Virus record (IMG/VR): IMGVR_UViG_3300032322_002570
Coordinates: 9,856-73,855 of that record
Strand: one strand, 5' to 3'
DNA from: a virus
Length of the DNA stretch: 64,000 nt
The notes beneath the pieces are model-generated. The model saw only the letters and a program-made list of their open reading frames with translations. It was not told where the DNA came from and did no database searches. This document shows, in pieces, positions 38,001 to 46,839 of this stretch (position 1 is its first letter; every line of letters starts with the position of its first letter). Made by a program: the position numbers and the translations under genes.

Positions 38001-38157
38001 TCTGGTAAACAGGCTTGATCTGCTGCTGACCGGCGGGCGTACACCCGCTAATCGGCAACAGGAAATTATCACGGCAATCACGCCTTTAAGCGGTGAAAAC
38101 CGTGTCGGCTTGGTCGCACAGACCCTGATCAATTCCCCAGACTTCTATCGCCAGTGA
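35047..38157 (+). CDS. multidomain protein: coiled coil + cadherin/Ig-like + DUF4082 + DUF1800
   Basis: LLANDSDAD..FTPAAGFSG..FVYTVTDG (Ig); EVGVRF..DG.ITAIRFFK..ETASGWQ..NYFVDVVF (DUF4082); AAQFLRTATMGPT, DQNFAREIVQL, HPSTAPYV, NPSPGYV, GRLRDP (DUF1800). Confidence 0.85.
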   Translation: MASDLIQFIQSSLSEAQATEATLAARIADLDAANTEIAELEAELAAAQERIRELEALQNKVPVGGADTLAATQDTRVTYSAAQLLANDSDADPGDVLRIASVASGTGGAVVLNADGTVTFTPAAGFSGAASFVYTVTDGKAASASVSVTVNVAPATPPTARQTILTTQVPVDLNRSDNQPWEVGVRFTTAVDGLITAIRFFKSAGETGTRTGKLWTDSAQLGSVAFANETASGWQEQAFSTPIQVRAGTVYTASVNINRFYTATNNGFASAITNGSLTAPVQAGRYGGTVNARPNAIFANQNYFVDVVFVAQEQPTTALDFSIQGEADAAQFLRTATMGPTLSEITTLAASNNAESWFDAQVAASYDGSQFAEWTPGASGKFTRKPGWIAQVNSWMTLPRGEAFSNEGIDSGEGHADRPQRQWYNYRMIDTGLLYNNPPVGGLCNPTSAAAPRAPQKSLMLRLSWIMSKFIVTSIPGGGVERTRYDGPAWYELISRHVFGNYADFLEEVTYSFPMAKMLTHYANARGPQADQNFAREIVQLMTMGIWSLNDGGVPLLDQSGQRVPNYVNQDIVELSKVYTGLVHPWLLNEQVYYQDPAPEIFRAGFSLTTDQRWIRDHFGAHFRGVSGNDRVSRSNEIDVRFTNYGYRKPLSRVEAGKRYRIASVSNGAAFASIGADSTPAVGEVFLATADGTSAMVSAGLVEEQHISFAGSYPRLKISAGLHDFGAVSIPRFNINIPAGTDPETEIRLVTKALVNHPSTAPYVCTRLIRFATTANPSPGYVSRVVRVFRDNVDNPQQMAAVWKAILFDPEVRTGTRTNAANFGRLRDPYELFTGLIRPLGFTSHHTSDRNEVACFYRGPGNQNGMAPAVAPSNKQAGFLFVTERDDDDWDAQVLLGVYPTRAPSIFGHYPPDGTMPGDTEILSPESILYTPGRLSSVSRVLERLISFGPNAYRTINRSAVDQPILVGSLAPITYDWLPTSTPAALVNRLDLLLTGGRTPANRQQEIITAITPLSGENRVGLVAQTLINSPDFYRQ

Positions 38158-38162
38158 TTGCC

Positions 38163-39494
38163 ATGACTTTCTCACCTGAACTCAAGGCGTCTCTGGCGCC
38201 ACTCCGCCCAAGTGACTTTAAGGTTATCATCTGCTTCTTTGCCTTTGGTGGCCGCGATTCGCACAATGAGTTAGTCCCACGTAGCGGGAACAATCTGAGC
38301 CGGTACAATGAAGCCCGCCCCGGTGGCTTGCGCATTGAGCAATCGGAACTGCTTTCTCTGAATGGAAATAGCGCATGGGGATTGCACCCAAATATGGGCT
38401 ATTTCCGAGATCAGTGGAACGCAAACAGATTGGCTGTGCTGCGTCATGTAGGCATCCTGAACGAACCCGCCACCAGGACGCAACTACGTGAACAGCCGAG
38501 CCGGTACGAACCGCAGTTTCTTGGAGCGCATGACGCGCAGTGGGAGCAGTGGCAGGACGGCCTGGAGTTTCGCTCAGTAGCTCGGACTACTGGCTGGATG
38601 GGGCGACTCGCTTCGCTCCTTGAGGGAGTCTGGAACGTGCCAACTGCAGCAGCAGACAACGATCTGATGCTGAGCTGTGTATCCATCGGTGGCCTCAGTC
38701 GGCAACAAAGGGCATTTCCGCCTGACGGCTCTGTAGCGCTGCCAGTGGAAGCCAGGCCCGGAGCATTTGGGTATGGCTCCAGCCAGGCAACTCGCCTGCG
38801 AGAGCTTTTCACCGAGGCCGAAGGTGCTGGGCTGCCTGCTGCTGTTGACGCCAACCGCATTAGGCAGGGCTGGAAGCGTCAGGCACAAAAAAACCTAGCG
38901 GCTCCTGGGTTTATTCAAGGCCAGCTTCGCGCATTGCCCCAAGCTGTATCTGATGCTCTGGCCCCTGCGCCGCAGCTCCGCCCGATAGCCCAGGCGATCT
39001 ACACAGCCCAACAGAATCAGGCACTTGGCATCAGGCGACTAGTCGCTTTTGTGCCAATCGGCGGCTGGGATCACCATGCAAACCTGCGGCCTCAGCATGA
39101 TCCGCTGATTCTCGGCCTCAACAATTCTATGGCAGCGATGGCAGCGGCCATCAACGCCATGGGGCTTACGAACAGCGCGGTGCTTTGCACACAGAGCGAA
39201 TTTGGCCGCACATTCCGTGGCAACAGCAACGCAGGTACAGACCACGCATGGGCGGGCCATCAGTTTGTGATGGGCGGGCCAGTCATTGGAGGCATGTATG
39301 GCCCTGAGCCGAATTACGCCCCTACCGGCGAACACGTTGCTGACGACAGCGGCAACATTTTTATTCCGCAGATCAGCACGGATCAGTATTACGCTACGCT
39401 GCTGCGGTGGTTCGGCTTACCAGTGGATGCCATCAACGCTGTGCTGCCAGGGGCTTCGCGGTTTACACCCCAAACCCTGAACTTTGTGCCTTAG
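38163..39494 (+). CDS. DUF1501 family protein
   Basis: FKVIICFFAFGGRDSHN, GLHP, GWMGRL, GGWDHH, SEFGRT..NAGTDHAWAG, IPQISTDQYYATLLRWFG. Confidence 0.88.
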   Translation: MTFSPELKASLAPLRPSDFKVIICFFAFGGRDSHNELVPRSGNNLSRYNEARPGGLRIEQSELLSLNGNSAWGLHPNMGYFRDQWNANRLAVLRHVGILNEPATRTQLREQPSRYEPQFLGAHDAQWEQWQDGLEFRSVARTTGWMGRLASLLEGVWNVPTAAADNDLMLSCVSIGGLSRQQRAFPPDGSVALPVEARPGAFGYGSSQATRLRELFTEAEGAGLPAAVDANRIRQGWKRQAQKNLAAPGFIQGQLRALPQAVSDALAPAPQLRPIAQAIYTAQQNQALGIRRLVAFVPIGGWDHHANLRPQHDPLILGLNNSMAAMAAAINAMGLTNSAVLCTQSEFGRTFRGNSNAGTDHAWAGHQFVMGGPVIGGMYGPEPNYAPTGEHVADDSGNIFIPQISTDQYYATLLRWFGLPVDAINAVLPGASRFTPQTLNFVP

Positions 39495-39648
39495 CGAACC
39501 GACGACCTGACCTGTCATGGTACGGCTGCGTCCGAGCCGCCTGCCAGCGGCTCCCAATAAAAGACCGGCACGCGCCCGTGACTCGGAATAATATAGTGAT
39601 GGGGCCTAACCTCTACGAGGCACATCGTCGTTCTCCGCTACTACTCCA

Positions 39649-40041
39649 ATGACTGCTCGCTCTACTTATCCGATTCGCGAGGGCTTTCATCTCGACGCGA
39701 ACTCCCAGATCACCACTCAAGCCAAGGACCTGGGCTACGACCTGGGCACCGTTGGCACCATCCGCCTGATCGTGCTCGACGCCACTGTGGTGGCCCCTAC
39801 CGGCAATGGCACCGGAGCCAGTATCCAACTGCAGGATGCCGATGATTCCAACGCGGTGTTCTTCACCATCACGCAGGCCGACCTGGCCAATGCTGATGCC
39901 AACGGCGTCTACATCGACCACCTCCGTGGCGCCAAATTTGATGGCATCCGGAATGTGAGGATGGCCTATGTCGCTGGGTCCGCCGGTACCGGCACTGCTG
40001 GCGCCATCACCGGCTTCAGCGTCTACCTTGATCGCGTCTGA
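39649..40041 (+). CDS. putative capsid decoration/minor structural protein
   Basis: 130 aa, has its own GGAATAATA promoter-like motif and a terminator. Confidence 0.5.
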   Translation: MTARSTYPIREGFHLDANSQITTQAKDLGYDLGTVGTIRLIVLDATVVAPTGNGTGASIQLQDADDSNAVFFTITQADLANADANGVYIDHLRGAKFDGIRNVRMAYVAGSAGTGTAGAITGFSVYLDRV

Positions 40042-40060
40042 TCGCTAAAGGCGCACACTG

Positions 40061-40082
40061 GCCCGCCTAAACAGCGGGCTTC
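40061..40082 (+). terminator. intrinsic terminator
   Basis: GCCCGC-CTAAACA-GCGGGC followed by TTT. Confidence 0.55.
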
Positions 40083-40119
40083 TGTGTAGGTATACTACCC
40101 CAGAACATATCCAGTCGAC

Positions 40120-40728
40120 ATGCACATCTACGGCGCACCGGTCTACTACCGTAAAGAACTCGAAGACGGCAGAGTCCTTCGCCGTCGGGTGTTCTACCTG
40201 CAGGAAGCATCAGAGCTGGAAGGCCTCGGTTGGGAGCGTGGGAACAAGCCCAAAGAGGAAGAGAGCGATACCCAGACCGAGCCCCAAGAGCAGGAAGAGC
40301 CCGATCCCGCGCCCAGCCCCGAACCAGCCGCCGAAGAGGTACTGGTGCCAGGGGTTGAAGACGACACCTTTGAAGCCGACGAGCAGATCGAAGAAAAGCA
40401 GCCGACCGAACTCGAGTTCATGAGCAAGGCTGAGCTGATTGAATACGGCCGGAAGATCGGTGCTCCGGTCAGCGCATCGATGAACAAGCAGGCAATCGTG
40501 GATACGCTGAAGAAAGCCGAACCGCGCTTCCTGTATCCCGATAAATGGGCGCCGCCCAAGAAGGCAAAGCGCTTTGACCGCATCACCGCCCCAGACGGCT
40601 CCGAATGGATCTTCGATCAGCCGCGCCTCGAGGATGGTCGCTACGAGCACGACGATCCGACGACCCCTGAGTTCGAGTCTGCGCTGACCTGGATGCCGTT
40701 CGAGGAAGTCGATGGAAGTGACGTATAG
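40120..40728 (+). CDS. acidic protein with Rho-N/HeH-like domain
   Basis: LEFMSKAELIEYG...MNKQAIV; DDPTTPEFE. Confidence 0.6.
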   Translation: MHIYGAPVYYRKELEDGRVLRRRVFYLQEASELEGLGWERGNKPKEEESDTQTEPQEQEEPDPAPSPEPAAEEVLVPGVEDDTFEADEQIEEKQPTELEFMSKAELIEYGRKIGAPVSASMNKQAIVDTLKKAEPRFLYPDKWAPPKKAKRFDRITAPDGSEWIFDQPRLEDGRYEHDDPTTPEFESALTWMPFEEVDGSDV

Positions 40729-40894
40729 CCAAGGGCCCCGGATCCTGGATGACGGAACAAACCTGGACCGGGACATTCTGGCAAGCCACCCAAGGACCAG
40801 CAGACGTCAGATCTCTGATCCTGTCTCCGACGGGTCGCTTGGAGAGCCCGGCTACGAACCTGGGCAGAAGAATCTCGATGGTTCCCTTCTCTAG
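40712..40894 (+). CDS. hypothetical protein
   Basis: Short ORF overlapping the upstream stop. Confidence 0.45.
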   Translation: MEVTYSQGPRILDDGTNLDRDILASHPRTSRRQISDPVSDGSLGEPGYEPGQKNLDGSLL

Positions 40895-40923
40895 GGAACA
40901 CTAAACGGTAAAGAGGACGCGCA

Positions 40924-41262
40924 GTGGCTGCCACCATTTCACACAAACGAGGTGATACGTTCGAGTGGTATCTTGAGCTACCAGCCGACGAGTACGAGGA
41001 TGGGTACTTTGTGGGCTGGACAGTCGCATCGCAGATCCGCAACACGAAAGGAAGGCTTGTAGCGGAACTTAGCACGTCCTGGGGTACCCCAGCGGAGAAT
41101 ACTCGAGTGCTTAGGCTGTTCGCCGCCGATACGGCCGGATGGCCGCTTGGTGACCACGAGGCAGATGTCCAGTTCACACGTGAATCCGACGGATTTATTA
41201 AGTCGACTGAAACGTTCATAGTCTCCGTCGGGAAGGACGTAACCATTACCGAAAATGGCTGA
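40924..41262 (+). CDS. BppU-N-like virion protein
   Basis: HKRGDTF, WTVASQIR, DTAGWP..DVQFT, STETF motifs. Confidence 0.65.
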   Translation: MAATISHKRGDTFEWYLELPADEYEDGYFVGWTVASQIRNTKGRLVAELSTSWGTPAENTRVLRLFAADTAGWPLGDHEADVQFTRESDGFIKSTETFIVSVGKDVTITENG

Positions 41263-41458
41263 CAATCCAATACCGATTCGATTTGTCTCGTCAGGGCAGC
41301 CGATTCCGATCGAGATAAGCCCGTCAAGTGGAACCATCGAGCCAACTGCGGCGATGACAAGCGCGGTTAAAGGGGAGAGAGGGGACCCTGGCATACATAT
41401 CGGGCCAGAGCCACCCGAGAACACCTCCATCCTGTGGCTTGATACTGGATCAACATAG
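41255..41458 (+). CDS. small collagen-motif protein
   Basis: KGERGDPG..GPEPP...LWLDT. Confidence 0.55.
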   Translation: MADNPIPIRFVSSGQPIPIEISPSSGTIEPTAAMTSAVKGERGDPGIHIGPEPPENTSILWLDTGST

Positions 41459-41527
41459 ACAAGTTGCCTCTGTAGCCAGGGTGAGCGGAATACTAAGAAG
41501 GCACCCGGCTTTGCTGCATCCTGACAC

Positions 41528-41947
41528 ATGGCTTCCCATCTACAGAACAACTTCATCGCTGACCTGGCGGCCGGCAACCTGATTCCCGGAACTCACGAGT
41601 TCAGGATGACACTGCACACGTCGGCATACACGCCAAACAAGGACCATAATCGGTTCGACGATGTGACCAACCAGGTAGCCAATGGCAACGGTTACACCAC
41701 TGGCGGTGAAATTGTCACAATGACAATCACCACTGATAACGCCAACGACCGAACCAGTATCAGCTTCTCTGAGCCTAGCTGGGCTTCGGCAAGCTTTACT
41801 GCTCGCTACGGCGTGGTGCGCAGGGCCAGGGGTGGCGCCGCGTCTGCCGACGAATTGATTGCGACGCTGGACTTCGGTCAAGATGTTACCGCAACCAATG
41901 GAACTTTTGCTACGGATGAGACTGCGCCATTCTACATCAATAACTGA
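41528..41947 (+). CDS. putative tail fibre/minor tail protein
   Basis: LHTSAYTP, GNGYTTGG, W.SASFTARY, DFGQDVTATNGTF. Confidence 0.7.
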   Translation: MASHLQNNFIADLAAGNLIPGTHEFRMTLHTSAYTPNKDHNRFDDVTNQVANGNGYTTGGEIVTMTITTDNANDRTSISFSEPSWASASFTARYGVVRRARGGAASADELIATLDFGQDVTATNGTFATDETAPFYINN

Positions 41948-41949
41948 TA

Positions 41950-42777
41950 ATGGCGATCACAACCTTTGATCAGTACATCGGGGCCTACAAACAGCACATC
42001 CAGCTCGCCAAAACCAACACCGTGACGACGGTTGCGGGCCGGGAGTCTACACTGATTGACCGTGCCGGCTTTCCGGCTGCCGGGTCGTTGTCGCCGTCGC
42101 AGACAACCAACGGCGTTGTGCCAACTGATGCAACGACCGGGTTCCCCGCGATCCAGACGTTCCAGGGCAGCAACAAAGGTTATCTGAGCCGGGTGGAGGC
42201 TTACAGCAATGTGGCCTGCACACTGTTCCTGTTTGATCTGCTGTTCTGGGCTGGCGGCACGGTGATTCCCACGACGGGAACCACGACTGTCACCCTGTCG
42301 TCGCAGCCAGACTTTTCGGGCAGGCTGCCGCTTGATGGCGGTGGTGTCAACCCAGCATGGAATGAAACGGAGCTGTGGCTGCAGTCCAACGTTGCCTGGT
42401 CCAACCATGCTCACACGGCATCAGTTGACTACACCGATCAGGACAACAATGCTGGAGCCAATACGGGCAACATCAGCACGCAGAACCGCGTTATCAACTC
42501 CATGATGCGGATGCCGTGGGCTTCTGGTGACTACGGCACCCGCATGCTGGAAGGCTACAAGCTGAACGGCATTTCTTCTGCAGCGGGTCAAGTCACGGCA
42601 ATGGTGCTGCGCCGGATTTGGGCAGGAAGGCTGCAGGCGAACCAGTACATGGTATTTGGCCCTGATCTGACCGGGATGCCGCAGGTATTCGATACCTCTG
42701 CATTGTTTGTCGCCTGCAACACTGATTCAACCACGTCACCTACACCGACCCTGATCCTGGAGATCGCGGAGGGGTAA
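41950..42777 (+). CDS. putative virion structural protein
   Basis: 275 aa, starts MAITT; within structural operon. Confidence 0.65.
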   Translation: MAITTFDQYIGAYKQHIQLAKTNTVTTVAGRESTLIDRAGFPAAGSLSPSQTTNGVVPTDATTGFPAIQTFQGSNKGYLSRVEAYSNVACTLFLFDLLFWAGGTVIPTTGTTTVTLSSQPDFSGRLPLDGGGVNPAWNETELWLQSNVAWSNHAHTASVDYTDQDNNAGANTGNISTQNRVINSMMRMPWASGDYGTRMLEGYKLNGISSAAGQVTAMVLRRIWAGRLQANQYMVFGPDLTGMPQVFDTSALFVACNTDSTTSPTPTLILEIAEG

Positions 42778-42780
42778 GCC

Positions 42781-44877
42781 ATGGCCCTACGGGCGCGGCG
42801 TGGCATCCTCACCCGATCCAATCGGCGCAACTTTGCTGCGACCACTGCGCCGGTTCGCCCTGGCGCCTGGAGTGATGTAGCTGAATCGCTGTTTGGGCGC
42901 ATTGATGCGCTTGACGGCAGCGTAGTTGCGCAGTATTCCGGTGCTACGGCCTCCACGACCGTCGGAAGCGTGAGTGCGGCCGGGGCCGGTACGGCGGGGT
43001 ATTCAGTCGCATCCTCATCGACAACGCAAGGCCAATGGACAGCCAGTAGTGCTGTCAATGCCACTGGAGATTATGTCGGTGGCACCGCAGCAACGACGGC
43101 GTCCTCTTGGGCGGCCTTGGCCAGCGCAACAGCAGCCCACGCCGGGCCAGGCACTAGCGTTGCTGCGGCCATCAACGCGGCGACTGGCACCGCATCCGCG
43201 AGCTGGACTAGCGCGGCGACGGCAACAACGGCGGCAGGATGGACCGGATCGGCATCGGCCTCCGGCGACTATCTGGGCCCTGGTACAACGACGGCGCATG
43301 GTACTCACGCCGCTACGGGCGCGGCGACGGCAGGCCACATAGGTTCCGTCAACACCACGACGGCCGGCTCTTACTTGGGAGACGGAGCGGCCACTGCTCG
43401 GTACGACGGCTCCCAGGGCGAAGCGGTCGGCGGAACGTGGTCCGTCATCTTAAGCGGTACTGGCGGATACGAGGGCGCGAGCAATGCGGCAACCGCTGCA
43501 TCTAACACAGCTACTGGCACTGCGGGTTCGCAACATACTGGCTCGACATGCGAAACCGCACCAGGGACTAACACAGCAAGCGGCGGCGCTATCGCTGACT
43601 ACACTGGCGCGGTTGTCGAAACGACGACAGGAACATACGCAGCCGCTGGTGGAACAGGGAACACTGGCGTCTATTCAGGCGGGGACACGGCGGCTCAGGA
43701 TGCAGTATGGGAAGCCAGCGCTACTGCCGTCGGAAGCCACGGGGGTACATCAAGCAATACATCGAGCTGCGAATACGAGGCCAACGGCTCTGCGCTGGCA
43801 GTCTGCACAGGAGTAGCAGGTGGAACAGAGCAGGCCGAGTGGGTCACGCGTGGCGATTGCCTGTCGGCGTGGGGCGGGGAGTCGGGTGCAATCACCGTCG
43901 GCGAATGGGTCGCCAATGGTGGTACTGGCTCCACGGGTGAATACGGAGGCACTGCTGGCACGGTAGTCGCCGGCTCCACGCAGGCATCCGGATCCGCATT
44001 GGCGCCGAGCCCTGGCAGCGAAGCCGACACTGGCAGTGGCGCATGGCAGGCCTCTGTATCGGTCTCAGCGGCATACCTGCCAATCGATTTGAACGTCAAT
44101 GCCGCAGAGTGGAATAGCGCAGGGGCTGGGATAGCTGAGTACAGCGCTACTGGAGATGCCAGTGTCGCCCAAGCGAGTTGGACTGCTGGCGTGTCCTCCA
44201 ACGCTGGATACGCGGGCGGGAGTACCACAACTTCGAGCGGCACGTGGAGCGTTGCCGGCGGCGCGTCGTCGTCCTTCAGTGGCACAGAGGCAGATACCAC
44301 TCAGGCTAATTGGACGGCCGTGTCCACGAGTAACGGTCTTGGCGAATACGTCGGCCCAGGAACTGCTGCATCAGCAGGGCAATGGTCGGCCATAGGAGGG
44401 GCGACGTCTAGTTCTGCCGGCTCGGAGACGACACCGATCGCGGCGGTATGGGGAGGGGCCGGAAGCGCTGCGCCGTCGTGGGCAGGGGATCAGGCTGCAA
44501 TAGTCGGCGGCCAATACGCGGGACGGGTGCATCAACTAGCGATATGGACTGGCTACCAGTCTTCGCCGGGAAGCGCCGCGTGGGCGGCTCACGGCAGTGC
44601 AGTCGCTACTCACAGTGGTGCAAACAGGTCGACCGAGTATGCCGTATGGATTGCGGAATGCGATGCCATCGCAGCATTCGGTGGTGATACAGCCCTCGTG
44701 TGGCCGGCAGAATGGGTCTCGACGGCGACAGGTAGCACAATACTGTACTGGTACGACAGTAATCTGGACGAATGGAGGCCGGGATCTCTGATGAGATGGA
44801 GTACGGCGAGGGGCGCGTGGGAGAACGCCGAATGTCGCGCATTCTCTGGTGGTGAGTGGCGTTCTGTTAGCGGCTGA
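42781..44877 (+). CDS. Gly/Ala/Thr/Ser-rich periodic repeat protein (fibre/beta-solenoid)
   Basis: Alternating 10/12-residue spacing of W/Y/H/N over roughly 580 aa; Trp-rich C-terminal cap. Confidence 0.7.
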   Translation: MALRARRGILTRSNRRNFAATTAPVRPGAWSDVAESLFGRIDALDGSVVAQYSGATASTTVGSVSAAGAGTAGYSVASSSTTQGQWTASSAVNATGDYVGGTAATTASSWAALASATAAHAGPGTSVAAAINAATGTASASWTSAATATTAAGWTGSASASGDYLGPGTTTAHGTHAATGAATAGHIGSVNTTTAGSYLGDGAATARYDGSQGEAVGGTWSVILSGTGGYEGASNAATAASNTATGTAGSQHTGSTCETAPGTNTASGGAIADYTGAVVETTTGTYAAAGGTGNTGVYSGGDTAAQDAVWEASATAVGSHGGTSSNTSSCEYEANGSALAVCTGVAGGTEQAEWVTRGDCLSAWGGESGAITVGEWVANGGTGSTGEYGGTAGTVVAGSTQASGSALAPSPGSEADTGSGAWQASVSVSAAYLPIDLNVNAAEWNSAGAGIAEYSATGDASVAQASWTAGVSSNAGYAGGSTTTSSGTWSVAGGASSSFSGTEADTTQANWTAVSTSNGLGEYVGPGTAASAGQWSAIGGATSSSAGSETTPIAAVWGGAGSAAPSWAGDQAAIVGGQYAGRVHQLAIWTGYQSSPGSAAWAAHGSAVATHSGANRSTEYAVWIAECDAIAAFGGDTALVWPAEWVSTATGSTILYWYDSNLDEWRPGSLMRWSTARGAWENAECRAFSGGEWRSVSG

Positions 44878-44914
44878 ACTCGGTAAAAGGAATACTATGT
44901 AAAACACTCCGTCA

Positions 44915-45220
44915 ATGCCACAGAAAAAGAAGCGCTCCACCGCAAGCTTCTACGCCAACAACCCTGAGGCGTACAAGAAGAAGCTCGCCTACGACAAGAA
45001 GCGCAACGCCAGGCCGGATCGCAAGGAGTATCGGGCGGAACTTGCTGCTGAAAGGCGGGCGCGTGGGTTGATGGGCAAGTCGGGCCCCGATGTCAGCCAC
45101 ACCAAAGGCGGTGGCTTCAAACTCGAGGATCCATCAAAGAACAGGGCTCGAAACGGGCATGGCGACAACGGCCGGCTGGCGTCAGGTAAAGGCACCCGCA
45201 AGTCCAAGCCCAGGAAGTAA
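44915..45220 (+). CDS. small basic protein (HNH-like)
   Basis: DVSHTKGG...EDPSKNRARN. Confidence 0.6.
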   Translation: MPQKKKRSTASFYANNPEAYKKKLAYDKKRNARPDRKEYRAELAAERRARGLMGKSGPDVSHTKGGGFKLEDPSKNRARNGHGDNGRLASGKGTRKSKPRK

Positions 45221-45742
45221 TCAGCACTCCCTGACTGGCGCGAACTCGCCGAAGAAGCGTAGCTCCGCGCAGCGCCTCGCGGCGATGGCTTCGTCGACGG
45301 AGGAGAAACTGCCAATATATTCCTCCCTGCCATTCTTCTTGATTCTCACCCGCCACTTTCCGTGGTACAGCCTGATACCAGTGAAGCCGGAGGAGTTATT
45401 GCTCTGCAAGTTTACCCTGTTCCTATTGTTCTCCGCGTGACTAGCCAGTCTAAGGTTCTCCGGCCTATTGTCCCATGGCTTGCCATTGACGTGATCGATC
45501 TCTAGACTGCCAGGGTTCCCGCCGTTGTATAGCGCCCAGACGATACGATGGTTTTGATATAGCCTGAATTGAAAGCGGACCTGCCAATAGCCATCCTTTC
45601 GAAGGGTCCCGGCAGGGTCGCCCGGCCTCATCTTACCCCTCGCTACCGCATAGACCAGGCCGCTCGGGCCCTCGCTGTCCACGCGAAAGGTCTCGCCGAG
45701 GATTCTTAGTAGCTCTCCCTCCAGTGGCATCGCGTCTCTCAT
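45221..45742 (-). mobile_element. HNH homing endonuclease with AP2 domain
   Basis: HRIVW, EIDHVNG..DNRPENLR, NSSGFTG..KWRVRI..YIGSF..EA..AR; opposite strand to neighbours. Confidence 0.9.
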
Positions 45743-45818
45743 CCTGTTCGCGCCAAGGGGTACAAGCCTATCTTACCACACTGATGCGGAAGACTAAGGA
45801 GTCCCCGCCAGGCCAGGC

Positions 45819-46118
45819 ATGGAGCATCCGTTCGCCGGGATGGTCATCAGGTTTGTCTTGGTGGTCTATACCGTGACTATCGCAACCTCGGTGTACGACG
45901 TAGTGCGTTGTAGCGCAACTGCATCTAACGCATGTATTGCAGAACGTGCTGCGCTGATTGAGGTGTCGAACCAGGTGCCGATGGTGCTATTCGCCTGGCT
46001 GGCTGATTCGCCGCTGAGCGGTAGAGGATCAGAAAAGAAACCGACCGAGAGGAAGGTGCCGGTACCCAGAAAAAAGCAGGACGACGACCCCCGAAACAAT
46101 CCGGAGCCGATGGGATGA
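45819..46118 (+). CDS. membrane protein (holin-like)
   Basis: TM segment and basic C-terminus; upstream of endolysin. Confidence 0.45.
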   Translation: MEHPFAGMVIRFVLVVYTVTIATSVYDVVRCSATASNACIAERAALIEVSNQVPMVLFAWLADSPLSGRGSEKKPTERKVPVPRKKQDDDPRNNPEPMG

Positions 46119-46426
46119 TGATCATGCCTTCCAAGTTTTTCAGGCTTACGACTTTTTCGCGTCCGGCGAAAAAGCTTGTGCGGAAAATCAGCGGACTGCT
46201 TCAGTCGGAGGAAGCAGCACTTAGACCATACCTGCCTGGCATCTTTCAGTACATCGATCGCTCGATGCCAGGCATGCTGACTAATGCCGACGGCTATGAA
46301 GTCTACGAGCTCATTGCTCGCGGCATTCAGCGCGAAACCGGTCGCCGCGCAAAAGCGTCAGAGGTGCGAATCGTCACAAGACTGTACGACCCAATCGTCG
46401 CCGCCGCAAAGGTGTTCATCCAATGA
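46115..46426 (+). CDS. hypothetical protein
   Basis: 103-aa coupled ORF. Confidence 0.55.
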   Translation: MMIMPSKFFRLTTFSRPAKKLVRKISGLLQSEEAALRPYLPGIFQYIDRSMPGMLTNADGYEVYELIARGIQRETGRRAKASEVRIVTRLYDPIVAAAKVFIQ

Positions 46427-46839
46427 GCGAGGGACTGACCAGGGAAGAGGTATCCAGGATTGACGCGGCCGACCTGTACCACAGATTGGGCAAGCTCGAG
46501 GGCCTGATTGAGCTCAACAGCAAGACTCACCTGGCAACGCAGGAGCAGCTCCAGGTGCTCGCGAGCGCACTGTCGACCCTGCAGGCAAAGCAATCAAGCC
46601 TAGAGGCAGCAATGGACTCCAACCGCGCGGTATCGAGCGCCGGCTACGAAGGCCTGAAATCGATAGTCATTCCAATCGCGGCGATCATCGTCACATACAT
46701 CGTCGCTCGCGGCACAACGCCGCCATGCCAAAACCACAGCAATCCAAGGATTGCTCCCACACTACCCAGGGTGACTCCAATTGTTGACTGGAGACCAAGT
46801 AGCGGAACTTGCCCTGAAGTACGGCGCAAGATGGCCTGA
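46423..46839 (+). CDS. coiled-coil + TM protein (lysis-associated?)
   Basis: LYHRLGKLEG coiled coil followed by a hydrophobic segment. Confidence 0.55.
   Translation: MSEGLTREEVSRIDAADLYHRLGKLEGLIELNSKTHLATQEQLQVLASALSTLQAKQSSLEAAMDSNRAVSSAGYEGLKSIVIPIAAIIVTYIVARGTTPPCQNHSNPRIAPTLPRVTPIVDWRPSSGTCPEVRRKMA

Noticed and set aside
33000-45000. Diversity-generating retroelement acting on fibre genes
   Set aside because: No reverse transcriptase and no adenine-variant TR/VR pair seen
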